DNA of 27,553 bases, taken from positions 1 through 27,553 of the IMG/VR virus record IMGVR_UViG_3300027728_000069, one strand, 5' to 3'. Below the pieces are notes generated by a model. That model was not told the DNA's origin. It saw only the letters and a program-made list of their open reading frames with translations, and searched no databases. This stretch comes from a virus. Lineage: Duplodnaviria; Caudoviricetes. The translations under genes were made by a program, and so were the position numbers. Of the stretch, positions 1 through 7,962 are shown piece after piece. Positions within the stretch are counted from its first letter, which is position 1. Each line of letters opens with the position of its first letter.

Positions 1-1
1 T

Positions 2-697
2 CCAAGCGGCAAATGGTATATCGAAAATTCTCTAACAACACTAGGCAAAACAGATCCTGTTTCTGAGCACAATACAGAACTATGGAACTCTGGTTCTGAG
101 GCAAGTAAAGAAATTGCTCGTAAACAAAAGCGCAAGCTAAGTTATACTACGAACATTCTCATTGTTAAGGATCCTGCACATCCTGAAAACGAAGGTCAGG
201 TCAGACTTTATAAGTTTGGCAAAAAGATCTTTGATAAGATTAAGGATATGGCCGAACCACAATTCCAAGATGAAAAGCCTGTCAACGTATTTGACTTTGA
301 CACTGGCGCAAACTTTAAACTCAAGATTCGTAATGTTGAGGGCTATCGTAATTACGATAAGTCAGAGTTTGACACACCTGGGCCAATCTCGGAAGATGAT
401 GATATCGTAGAAGGTATCTGGAACAAGCAACATTCCTTGACACAGTTCTTGGATGAAAAGCACTTTAAGTCATATGACGAATTGAAGAAGAAATTCGAAA
501 TGGTTATGGGCTTGAATGGTGCATCTACAGCAGCAGTAAAACCTGCAGCAGATGTTGACTTGGACGAGGGCTATGCTTCAAAGCCAGCATTCACACCAAA
601 GACAGAAAAGGCGCCTGTTAAAGCGCCAGCTAAGGAAGTAGACTTTGATGATGACGATGATTCATTATCTTATTTTGCTAAATTAGCAGAAGATTAA
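2..697 (+). CDS. gp32: Single-stranded DNA-binding protein, T4 gp32-like (5'-truncated by window edge)
   Basis: The frame is open from position 2 (PSGKWYIENSLTTLGKTDPVSEHNTELWNSG...RKQKRKLSYTTNILIVKDPAHPENEGQVRLYKFGKKIFDKI) into the 248..697 ORF (FDFDTGANFKLKIRNVEGYRNYDKSEF). It ends in the acidic tail DDDDDSLSYFAKLAED. All are hallmark gp32 motifs. Confidence 0.97.
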   Translation, partial: PSGKWYIENSLTTLGKTDPVSEHNTELWNSGSEASKEIARKQKRKLSYTTNILIVKDPAHPENEGQVRLYKFGKKIFDKIKDMAEPQFQDEKPVNVFDFDTGANFKLKIRNVEGYRNYDKSEFDTPGPISEDDDIVEGIWNKQHSLTQFLDEKHFKSYDELKKKFEMVMGLNGASTAAVKPAADVDLDEGYASKPAFTPKTEKAPVKAPAKEVDFDDDDDSLSYFAKLAED

Positions 698-727
698 ACA
701 AACGCTCCTTTCTCAGAAACTTTGTTT

Positions 728-751
728 AGCCCCGCCTTGTGCGGGGTTTTT
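728..751 (+). terminator. Rho-independent terminator after gp32
   Basis: GC-rich hairpin GCCCCGC-cttgt-GCGGGGT followed by a T run, between convergent genes. Confidence 0.85.
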
Positions 752-2345
752 AACGGAATCCTCGCATTCTTAAATATGCAGACATTGAGGTTGTTGTTGC
801 AATAGAACTTGCAGATAATGGAACTAATGTTGCTCCCTTTCCACCTTCTTGCATATTATTGTATACATTGTTAATAACTGTGCCCGCGCCTTCTGCTAGT
901 GCTTTAGTTATTGCCTTACTATCATCGTAACTTTCTTTTAATACGTCAAATGCAGCATCACCTAGATTTGGCATTAGATTTATTTTTTGTCCTCCCGCTA
1001 ATTCTATTTCACCTAATTTATTTAGGGGGTCTGCTAACATTTTTCGAGAATCGATTATAACCTGATTAGCAACATCATCTAAAGCGTCGCCCATACCTAC
1101 AAGACCATTAACAACTTGTTTAATTGCATCATTAAACATATCAGTATTTGCTTCTACATCGTCAATTTTTTTATCAAGTCTTCTAGGATCATTTTCAGCA
1201 AAATCTCTTCTTGATCTATTAGCGTCACCTTCTGTAGCACTAAAACTTAATTCTGCCGCTTTATTTTTTGTAGAGTTCCAAGCTTTTCCTAACCAAGTAT
1301 CTTCCAGCATCTTATCTAATTTTTGCATTGGGTTTTCTGCATCATTTTGTTCTGGAGGAGGCGCAGACTTTTCGCCTAATAATTCACCTAGAACAGTGCC
1401 AGCAGCTAATCCATAAGGTCCAAATTTTTTCAATGCTTGTAATATTCCAAATTTAATACCCTGTTCTGCCTCACCTGCAGGTACATATACTCCAGCTTTA
1501 TTTTGCTCCAGTTTCCCCATATCAATGGGTGCTCTATATCCTTCTAATTTTGGAATTTCTTTTCTAGGCAATCTTTGTTGGTTTGGATTTGTGGGAGGTA
1601 CGGGATTTATAGGAGGGGGGGTTGTTGGAGGAATACCCGTCTTACTAGGTATAGTGGTAGGTCCTCGACCACTAAATGTTCCACCCACTGCTCCTAAAAT
1701 ATCCATAAGAACAGACCACAGTCGGCCTAACGCTGACACTAATGTTGATGCCAAGGTTCCGACGATTGCACCAAGGCCTACTAGTAGTCCTGCAGATAAT
1801 CTTCCAATTGTTCCAAATAATCCTGGACCACTTTCTCCGCTATTATTTGAGGTGCCAGCATTTATTTTATCCGCAATCGCCTGAGCCAGTAGTTCTCTTT
1901 CTCGCGCGCGAGGACCATTTTCATTTTGTCTTTTTATGAAGTTAATATCTAATGCTTGTAGTTCAGTTATTTCGCGTAGTCTTGTTATTTCATCTATTGT
2001 CTTTTGTTGATATTTAGATGGTCCAAATAATTTATTTAAAGCATTTTTAAAAAATCCGGTGGATTGGTCTTTATCCCGTATCCTAAAATCTCCGCTTGGA
2101 GCAGCTTTATACTTCTCAAAATATTTTCTTATCTCAGACATTCCCTTATCATTACCAGCAAAGAATTCTTTCTGAGATTCTCTAAAAGATTTTCGAAGTT
2201 CTGAAAATTCTTTACGTTGGTCAGCAATACTGTCTGATAGTTTGTGTAAAACTTTTGTTTGCGCTTTTAGATTGTCGTTCTGCGCATTCAATGTGTCAAA
2301 TACTGCTCTGTCACTATTGCTTAATGGATTTTGGGGTAATGCCAT
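750..2345 (-). CDS. Putative tail tape measure / baseplate hub protein (T4 gp29 positional equivalent)
   Basis: 531 aa with a coiled-coil-like N-terminus, a hydrophobic Gly/Ala stretch (GLFGTIGRLSAGLLVGLGAIVGTLASTLVSALG), a Pro-rich linker and a C-terminal 'TVINNVYNN' segment. It is the last gene of the gp54-gp26-gp51 operon, and its size is similar to T4 gp29. Confidence 0.6.
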   Translation of the reverse strand: MALPQNPLSNSDRAVFDTLNAQNDNLKAQTKVLHKLSDSIADQRKEFSELRKSFRESQKEFFAGNDKGMSEIRKYFEKYKAAPSGDFRIRDKDQSTGFFKNALNKLFGPSKYQQKTIDEITRLREITELQALDINFIKRQNENGPRARERELLAQAIADKINAGTSNNSGESGPGLFGTIGRLSAGLLVGLGAIVGTLASTLVSALGRLWSVLMDILGAVGGTFSGRGPTTIPSKTGIPPTTPPPINPVPPTNPNQQRLPRKEIPKLEGYRAPIDMGKLEQNKAGVYVPAGEAEQGIKFGILQALKKFGPYGLAAGTVLGELLGEKSAPPPEQNDAENPMQKLDKMLEDTWLGKAWNSTKNKAAELSFSATEGDANRSRRDFAENDPRRLDKKIDDVEANTDMFNDAIKQVVNGLVGMGDALDDVANQVIIDSRKMLADPLNKLGEIELAGGQKINLMPNLGDAAFDVLKESYDDSKAITKALAEGAGTVINNVYNNMQEGGKGATLVPLSASSIATTTSMSAYLRMRGFR

Positions 2346-2347
2346 TT

Positions 2348-2542
2348 TTATTTACTCGCTTGTTGCTTTGCTTTTAATTTTTCGTTTTGTTCGTTGACAT
2401 AATTAATTAACATTTGAACGTAAATATCTCTTTCCCACGGTAGCATATTTTCTATATCATATAATGAATACCCATGCTGATTCATTAATGTGAAATTAAG
2501 CTGATAAAAGTTAAGGAGTCCCTCGTGTGAAAGAGTTAGACG
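2348..2542 (-). CDS. gp51: gp51-like baseplate hub assembly catalyst; not in the ORF track; probably the -1 frameshift extension of gp26 (first ATG at 2485 gives only 45 aa)
   Basis: Manual translation: RLTLSHEGLLNFYQLNFTLMNQHGYSLYDIENMLPWERDIYVQMLINYVNEQNEKLKAKQQASK*. It contains the gp51-type motif NFxLMxxHxYSLxxIENMxPWERDIYV, and the similarity begins upstream of the first ATG. Confidence 0.85.
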   Translation of the reverse strand, partial: RLTLSHEGLLNFYQLNFTLMNQHGYSLYDIENMLPWERDIYVQMLINYVNEQNEKLKAKQQASK

Positions 2543-3228
2543 AAAAAATTTTGAAGGCCCTCTAGATTCAATTCATTGTGGGCTTTACATGCTGGACATT
2601 CCTGGTCAACATGCTGTACTACTTTTGGCATAGTTAAAAAGAATTTTTCCAATAGTTCAAATTGAGATTTTGAGAATGAGTTAACAAATTCTATTAATTC
2701 TTCTTTCGTATAACTATCGTATAATTGTTCATCAGTATAAACATTCTTAATACAATTGCATAATAATTCTACTACACTTTCAGATTTAAAATTTTGATAG
2801 ATGTTAATCATTTCATCAAACTTTGGATATCGCATTTCTAATCCAATATTTTCTGATATTAATATCTTTGACGTATGGTCAGGATTCTTTTTAATCTCAG
2901 CTTTTGTGATATCTAAATCAAATGTAATTTTGTTTTCGCAATTATTACATTGGAGGGTGAGGCTTGTAGTTTCTCCTACAGATTTTGCTCTTAAATTTAA
3001 AAACAAATATTCAATATCAAAATTTGGCAATTCGTCTATTTTAAGTTTCTTATAAGTACAAACATCTACTAAGTCTGTAATTATACGATGTATTTCTTCG
3101 CCATCAGATTCCAATGCCGTTAAAAGAATTTTATATTCTTTTACTAAGAATGGTCTATATTTAATTTTTTCTCCGGTTGAAGGTAAAATCAATTCATACG
3201 AAGGGGTATCTAATTTTGGCAATGACAT
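2536..3228 (-). CDS. gp26: Baseplate hub subunit / assembly chaperone, T4 gp26-like
   Basis: MSLPKLDTPSYELILPSTGEKIKYRPFLVKEYKILL, FDIEYLFLNLRAKSVGE, two CxxC motifs, FFLTMPK, and C-terminal LEGLQNFF. The start is placed at ATG 3228 (AAGGA upstream) rather than the track's 3234. Confidence 0.92.
   Translation of the reverse strand: MSLPKLDTPSYELILPSTGEKIKYRPFLVKEYKILLTALESDGEEIHRIITDLVDVCTYKKLKIDELPNFDIEYLFLNLRAKSVGETTSLTLQCNNCENKITFDLDITKAEIKKNPDHTSKILISENIGLEMRYPKFDEMINIYQNFKSESVVELLCNCIKNVYTDEQLYDSYTKEELIEFVNSFSKSQFELLEKFFLTMPKVVQHVDQECPACKAHNELNLEGLQNFFV
2542..2548 (-). other. Candidate -1 programmed ribosomal frameshift site (T TTT TTC)
   Basis: gp26 ends CAA AAT TTT TTC GTC TAA. The X XXY YYZ heptamer is in the correct phase, and the -1 frame is the open gp51-like frame. 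Confidence 0.7.
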
Positions 3229-3243
3229 ATTCAAATTTCCTTA

Positions 3244-3822
3244 TTAAGGGTTAACCGCATATTTACTTAAAGCATTTATAGAACGATGAATAGGATTCCA
3301 TTTTCTATAAGCAAACATTACATTTATTTTGTGAACAGAATTTGTTGAAGCATTATTTACTTCTAACATAGAATAGTTTCTAGGAAAGGCATCTATTATT
3401 TCTGCAGTATAGGTGACCTGATCTTTTTCATTTAATTGTTTTATTTTTATTGGCACAACATAATCATCTTGATAATGAACATAGTATTGTACAGGATCAA
3501 CAATAATACTTAACCAGGCATCAAAGAATGCTTTTATATCCATCGGTTGATCTAGCAAAAATGTCATACTGATTCCGTCACCACCGTAGTCAGATGAAAA
3601 TGGTCTTTGATACGCTGGACCATATATTCTTTGTTGTTTTATATTTATACTTTGCGGTGGCAGGCTTGTAGACTCGCAAAATAAATTAACTACTCTTCCC
3701 TGAAATATTCCTCGTTTTTGTAAAAGCTGAGGTACTGGGAATTCAATTTCAAACCTATTTTGTTTCGCAAGACCAGTTCTTCTGACCTGCGTATGAAATT
3801 GCTTTAGTGAAAATGTTGACAT
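3244..3822 (-). CDS. gp54: Baseplate-tail tube junction/initiator protein (gp54 / gp19 tube family)
   Basis: GLAKQNRFEIEF, LFCESTSLP, FFDAW, YQDDY, IKQL and AFP...V.FAYRKW motifs of tube-fold gp54 homologs; lies between gp2 and gp26. Confidence 0.8.
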   Translation of the reverse strand: MSTFSLKQFHTQVRRTGLAKQNRFEIEFPVPQLLQKRGIFQGRVVNLFCESTSLPPQSINIKQQRIYGPAYQRPFSSDYGGDGISMTFLLDQPMDIKAFFDAWLSIIVDPVQYYVHYQDDYVVPIKIKQLNEKDQVTYTAEIIDAFPRNYSMLEVNNASTNSVHKINVMFAYRKWNPIHRSINALSKYAVNP

Positions 3823-4395
3823 TTAATATCCGTATTTGTTTTTTGTATCTTGCCAAACAGTTTCTTTTTTGGCTTTCTTAAAATTTTCTACAGGTAACAT
3901 TGCTGCTGTGACCCAATCCCGCATATCTATTTTTAAAAATCTAGTTCTAATATGATTCTTTAAATAGTGTTTTACACATGCTGTTGCCATAGTATAACTT
4001 GTAGAACTATTTAGTATTTGCCAAGATATTTTTATTCTTGTATTCTCATCCATATTTTTATCGGTTGCTAATTTACTAAGTTCACCTAGTAAATTGAATC
4101 TAGCTAGATATGGAAGATAATGTAAATTGATACCTAAGAATCCATCTGGCAATTGCCTAAAGGGTAATACCAGGGGCATAGTATCATAATAAGGTAATGT
4201 GTCTTTGTGTTTTGGGTCATACATGAATAGATACATTTCCCCAGGAATTATTCTAGATGATAATGTTTCGCTTCTAATTAAATTTAATCCAGAAACACCC
4301 GATCCCAAATTTCTAACCTGTGCTCTATACCAGGTATATGATTTTTGGGCATCGCCCTTTTTCATACTAACTGCTTTGAATATATTTTCAGCCAT
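3823..4395 (-). CDS. gp2: DNA end protector protein
   Basis: PGEMYLFMYDPKHKDTLPYYDTMPLVL, GFLGINLHYLP, CVKHYL and AAMLPVENF are T4 gp2 motifs; adjacent to gp4. Confidence 0.93.
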   Translation of the reverse strand: MAENIFKAVSMKKGDAQKSYTWYRAQVRNLGSGVSGLNLIRSETLSSRIIPGEMYLFMYDPKHKDTLPYYDTMPLVLPFRQLPDGFLGINLHYLPYLARFNLLGELSKLATDKNMDENTRIKISWQILNSSTSYTMATACVKHYLKNHIRTRFLKIDMRDWVTAAMLPVENFKKAKKETVWQDTKNKYGY

Positions 4396-4843
4396 TTATC
4401 AATCCTAGGTCTTTTTCGGTTAATATCATAAAAGTCATATTTCTATCTTTACAAAATTCAAAAGCTGCTTTCCATTTAGCTTCATTTACGCCCCACTGGA
4501 ATACCTCATCCACAAATCTTTTAGTTTTTCTTTCTGGGATAACGGGCGGTTTCGTGAATCTCTCGGGTTTAATCTCTACTAGATATTTTTGCACTATTCC
4601 GTGCTTGTTTTTAATTTTAATATAGAAATCTACAAAATACCTATGCATTTTTCTATCAAGTGGGGAAATATATGGGACTATAATAGTCTCAGATCCCCAT
4701 TCTTGTACTGCAGGATTTTGGTCACACCACTTCATAAACCGCAGTTCCCACAATGAACGATAAACAATATTAGTGATATCGCCCTTGTATTTCAATGGAT
4801 TTTTGGTTTTAAATTTTCCCTTGTAGGTTTTGGTGTACGTCAT
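4388..4843 (-). CDS. gp4: Head completion nuclease (PD-(D/E)XK, TnsA-like fold)
   Basis: YKGKFKTKNPLKYKGD, YRSLWE, WGSE..IVPY.SP.D...HRYFVDF, LVEIKP, VNEAKWKAA, ILTEKDL. Confidence 0.95.
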   Translation of the reverse strand: MTYTKTYKGKFKTKNPLKYKGDITNIVYRSLWELRFMKWCDQNPAVQEWGSETIIVPYISPLDRKMHRYFVDFYIKIKNKHGIVQKYLVEIKPERFTKPPVIPERKTKRFVDEVFQWGVNEAKWKAAFEFCKDRNMTFMILTEKDLGLING

Positions 4844-4847
4844 TTGC

Positions 4848-4855
4848 TATAAATA
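4848..4855 (+). promoter_or_regulatory. T4-type late promoter TATAAATA driving the gp48 operon
   Basis: Perfect T4 gp55 consensus in the 44-bp intergenic region, 32 nt upstream of the gp48 ATG. Confidence 0.8.
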
Positions 4856-4870
4856 ATTATGATCCAACAA

Positions 4871-4878
4871 TATTTATC
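4871..4878 (-). promoter_or_regulatory. Late promoter variant GATAAATA driving the gp4-gp2-gp54-gp26-gp51-TMP operon
   Basis: 7/8 match to TATAAATA on the minus strand, 27 nt upstream of the gp4 ATG. Confidence 0.6.
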
Positions 4879-4887
4879 AGAAAATAT

Positions 4888-6021
4888 ATGCCACAAAATC
4901 AATTTACTCCATCTTCTGATTACGTTTCCGAAAAGCGTAAGAAGTACGACGCTAGGTATAAAAATCAGAATCTTAAGAATAATTATAGTGTTGGTGCAAA
5001 AGAGTATCCTCAGGGATTGCGAACGAAACCTGATCTACAACATTATGTTGCATTTTATATTAACGTTAGAGATAAAAGCAGAAGTGGGGCAAATAATCCA
5101 AAGAACAAAGATTATCTTGTCAGCAAAGAAGAACAAAAAAGAGTTAATCTTTTGAATGAAGATAAGAGTTCAAGATTAAGACAAACTGATATAAATGCAG
5201 GCGTGAATACTGCAAAGAAATATGCAGGAACTTTAGCGGCGGGAGCGTATGTTCTTGGAAAATTAGGTCTTGGTACTAGATTAAGAGATTTACCTAGATT
5301 GGCGGGGGAAACATTAGCAGTTGCTGGCGTAGCAAAGCTAGGTGCTAAAATGTTAGATGCAGCAAAATTACAAAATTTTCAATCTGGGGGAACATCTAGA
5401 TTAAAAGAAGTTATTACGTTGCACATGGAGGATAGACCATCAGTAAAATATGGCACTAAGTATACTACCAGAGATATGGGATTTATAACTGGGTTATTGA
5501 TACAAGGATCAGCTGCAGAAACAGCAAACCAAATAAAACAAATGGAGCCGGAAATTCAGGCAAGGGTGTTATCTCAAATAGCAAAGATGCCTGTTATAAA
5601 CAATTTAAGAGAATTATCTACACGAGAAACAACGAATCCATTTAGAGAAGTATTATTTGAATCCGTAGATTATAGAGCATTCAATTTTAGATATAGATTT
5701 TTTCCTAAAAATGCTGCGGAAAGTCAAGCAATATTTAAAATAATAGAAACATTTAAAATACATATGCATCCTGAATTGACAGGAGGAAAGTTATTTTATC
5801 TATATCCATCTGAATTCGATATACAATATTTTTATAAAGATAAAGAAAATGATTATCTTCACAGATTTGCTAGATGTGCTTTAACTGATTTGCAAGTAGA
5901 TTACGGAGGAGAACAATTTGCTACATTTGAGGATGGATCTCCTGTAGAAATTGGTATGATGTTAACATTCCATGAATTAGAACAAATGACATCTGAGGGA
6001 ATTGAACAACATGGCTACTAA
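4888..6021 (+). CDS. gp48: Baseplate tail tube cap
   Basis: NPFREVLFESVDYRAFNFRYRFFPKNAAES, FKIHMHP, YPSEFDIQY, CALTDLQVDY, FEDGSPVEIGMMLTFHELE, ends in GY. Confidence 0.92.
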   Translation: MPQNQFTPSSDYVSEKRKKYDARYKNQNLKNNYSVGAKEYPQGLRTKPDLQHYVAFYINVRDKSRSGANNPKNKDYLVSKEEQKRVNLLNEDKSSRLRQTDINAGVNTAKKYAGTLAAGAYVLGKLGLGTRLRDLPRLAGETLAVAGVAKLGAKMLDAAKLQNFQSGGTSRLKEVITLHMEDRPSVKYGTKYTTRDMGFITGLLIQGSAAETANQIKQMEPEIQARVLSQIAKMPVINNLRELSTRETTNPFREVLFESVDYRAFNFRYRFFPKNAAESQAIFKIIETFKIHMHPELTGGKLFYLYPSEFDIQYFYKDKENDYLHRFARCALTDLQVDYGGEQFATFEDGSPVEIGMMLTFHELEQMTSEGIEQHGY

Positions 6022-6619
6022 TCTTTTTCAAGATTTTCCGAGAATTGCCTACACGCTAGATGATAATGGCAGTGAACAAGTTGTTGTAGATATATTTAAG
6101 AGAGTAATATTCTCAAAAGAATATAAAGAAAATTCCGCATACTACGAAGAATATGAAGTACTCCATGGAGAAACTCCCGAAGAAGTATCTTATAGATTTT
6201 ACGGCACTCAATCTTTACATTGGCTAATATTAATGATTAATGATATAGTTGATCCTAGATTTGAATGGCCAGTATCCGAGGAAAATTTATTAAAAGCAGT
6301 TGCTGATAGATACGGTGGCGAAAAAAACACGTTTATAATCAATAGAGCAAAAAATAAAGAAGGATATCAAGTAGAAACATTTTTCTTATTATCGGAAGAA
6401 TCTACACACACCGATCCGGTTAGAATACTATTTGAAAGTAATGATATAAATTCAATAAACACACCTATAGAATATGCAGACTCCCCAGAAATAACAGACT
6501 ATGTTAGTAATTATGAGGTTGAGGAAATTAAAAATGAAAATTATCGTAATATTAAAATATTAAAATCTGAGTATGTTCAAGAAATTTTAAGTAATTATAA
6601 AACACTAATAAGTCAATAA
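6011..6619 (+). CDS. gp53: Baseplate wedge subunit
   Basis: FQDFPRIAY, LysM-like GETPEEVSYRFYGTQSLHWLILMINDIVDPRFEWP, and VSNYEVEEIKNENYRNIKILK. Likely ATG start at 6011. Confidence 0.92.
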   Translation: MATNLFQDFPRIAYTLDDNGSEQVVVDIFKRVIFSKEYKENSAYYEEYEVLHGETPEEVSYRFYGTQSLHWLILMINDIVDPRFEWPVSEENLLKAVADRYGGEKNTFIINRAKNKEGYQVETFFLLSEESTHTDPVRILFESNDINSINTPIEYADSPEITDYVSNYEVEEIKNENYRNIKILKSEYVQEILSNYKTLISQ

Positions 6620-7962
6620 TGGAAGATGTATTACAATTACCAGGCGAAGTTGAGATAGTAAATCTCGCCTTGGTATCTTTTGCTCAAAACAAGTATGTAA
6701 ATTTACAAGATTATCTTTCAGAATTGAATATCTATGAAAGTATTTTTAATCCCGTATTGTCGGGGACACTAACATTATCGGATAGCAGAAACTTAGTTCA
6801 AGAATTTGCATTCGTTGGCGATGAATATTTGATAATGACAATAAAAACACCTGGATTAGATATAGACTATAGTATATCTAAAGCATTTAAATTATATGGT
6901 TTACAGAATAAAAGCTATGTGAATGATGGTAGCACGTTGTTATATCAATTAAACTTTTCTTCCATAGAACAATTTAATGATTTAGCAAATCCAATATATC
7001 GATCTTTTGAAGGTAAACCGGAAGATATTATAACACAAATATTTGTGGATTATCTACAAGCAGACAGAAATGTAACGATCGAAGGTGAGATTCCTACAGA
7101 AATAAAATCCCCAATAACTATACTAAGTGAAAGTGATAATACTATAAAATTTGTAAGTCCTGGCTGGACACCTGTACAATGTATAAATTGGATTGCTAGT
7201 AAAACTCTACCAAAAAATAATAAGGCCGCTAATTTTTTATTTTGGGAAACAACTAAAGGATTTTATTTTGGAAGTATGGATAGCATCTACGAAAATCCTG
7301 AAGCAATAACTACAGGAGAATATGTATTTTCTCAATCATATATTAATAGTCTAAAAAGTGACGAACGAAGTAAATCCATGTTTGCTATAAAATCTTTACG
7401 AATAGATAAAACATATGATCAATTAGAAAATAATATGTCAGGGTACTTATCTAACAGATTGATAGATGTTGATCTATATAATAAAAAATACGAAAACGTG
7501 GATTATGACCATGGTGCAAATTTTAAAAATTATTCTCATTCTGTACAACAAAACCCTGTTCCACTATTTTCTGCAGACATAATTAGAAATCCACAAGCAT
7601 ATACTGAAATTAATTATAAGCATTCTAAATTATATAATGAAAATGATAATAATTTTGATACAAGCACCAAGTATATTTTTGGCAACAGACGATCAAATAT
7701 GCTCGAATTGCAAAATTTTTCTATGGAGGTAGTTATCCCAGGAAGAACAGACATAGAAGCCGGCACAATCATAAACATTAAAATGCCGAAAAAAACTCCG
7801 GGGGCACTGACATCTGAAGATAAAAATGATTATAGAGATGATATGTTATATTCTGGATATTATTTGATAACAAGTATTAATCACAAAATTAACTTAAAAA
7901 CACATTATATTACTATGACAGTTGTTAGAGATTCTTTTGCAAGTAAGGAAGTAACAGAATGA
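6619..7962 (+). CDS. Baseplate hub protein (gp27-like)
   Basis: IYESIFNPVLSGTLTLSDS, PGWTPVQCINWIA, FLFWET..GFYF.SMDS, IPGRTDIEAG and YSGYYLITSINHKI motifs; directly upstream of gp5. Confidence 0.75.
   Translation: MEDVLQLPGEVEIVNLALVSFAQNKYVNLQDYLSELNIYESIFNPVLSGTLTLSDSRNLVQEFAFVGDEYLIMTIKTPGLDIDYSISKAFKLYGLQNKSYVNDGSTLLYQLNFSSIEQFNDLANPIYRSFEGKPEDIITQIFVDYLQADRNVTIEGEIPTEIKSPITILSESDNTIKFVSPGWTPVQCINWIASKTLPKNNKAANFLFWETTKGFYFGSMDSIYENPEAITTGEYVFSQSYINSLKSDERSKSMFAIKSLRIDKTYDQLENNMSGYLSNRLIDVDLYNKKYENVDYDHGANFKNYSHSVQQNPVPLFSADIIRNPQAYTEINYKHSKLYNENDNNFDTSTKYIFGNRRSNMLELQNFSMEVVIPGRTDIEAGTIINIKMPKKTPGALTSEDKNDYRDDMLYSGYYLITSINHKINLKTHYITMTVVRDSFASKEVTE

Noticed and set aside
162-410. 82-aa ORF overlapping gp32
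   Set aside because: Alternative frame of a well-conserved gene, with no recognisable motifs.
1590-1635. G-rich tract including a G8 run
   Set aside because: Explained by the Pro-rich linker on the minus strand; the frame is intact.
1901-1912. 12-bp palindrome CTCGCGCGCGAG
   Set aside because: Single occurrence inside coding sequence (PRARE); no evidence of function.
1525-3055. Plus-strand ORFs 1525-1884, 1742-1939 and 2801-3055
   Set aside because: Antisense shadows of the tape measure candidate and gp26.
4388-4843. TnsA-like nuclease as sign of a transposon or homing endonuclease
   Set aside because: The motifs and position next to gp2 identify it as the core head completion protein gp4; no element ends are visible.
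4199-5155. ORFs 4199-4408 (+) and 4859-5155 (+)
   Set aside because: Antisense to gp2 and out of frame within gp48 respectively; no supporting features.
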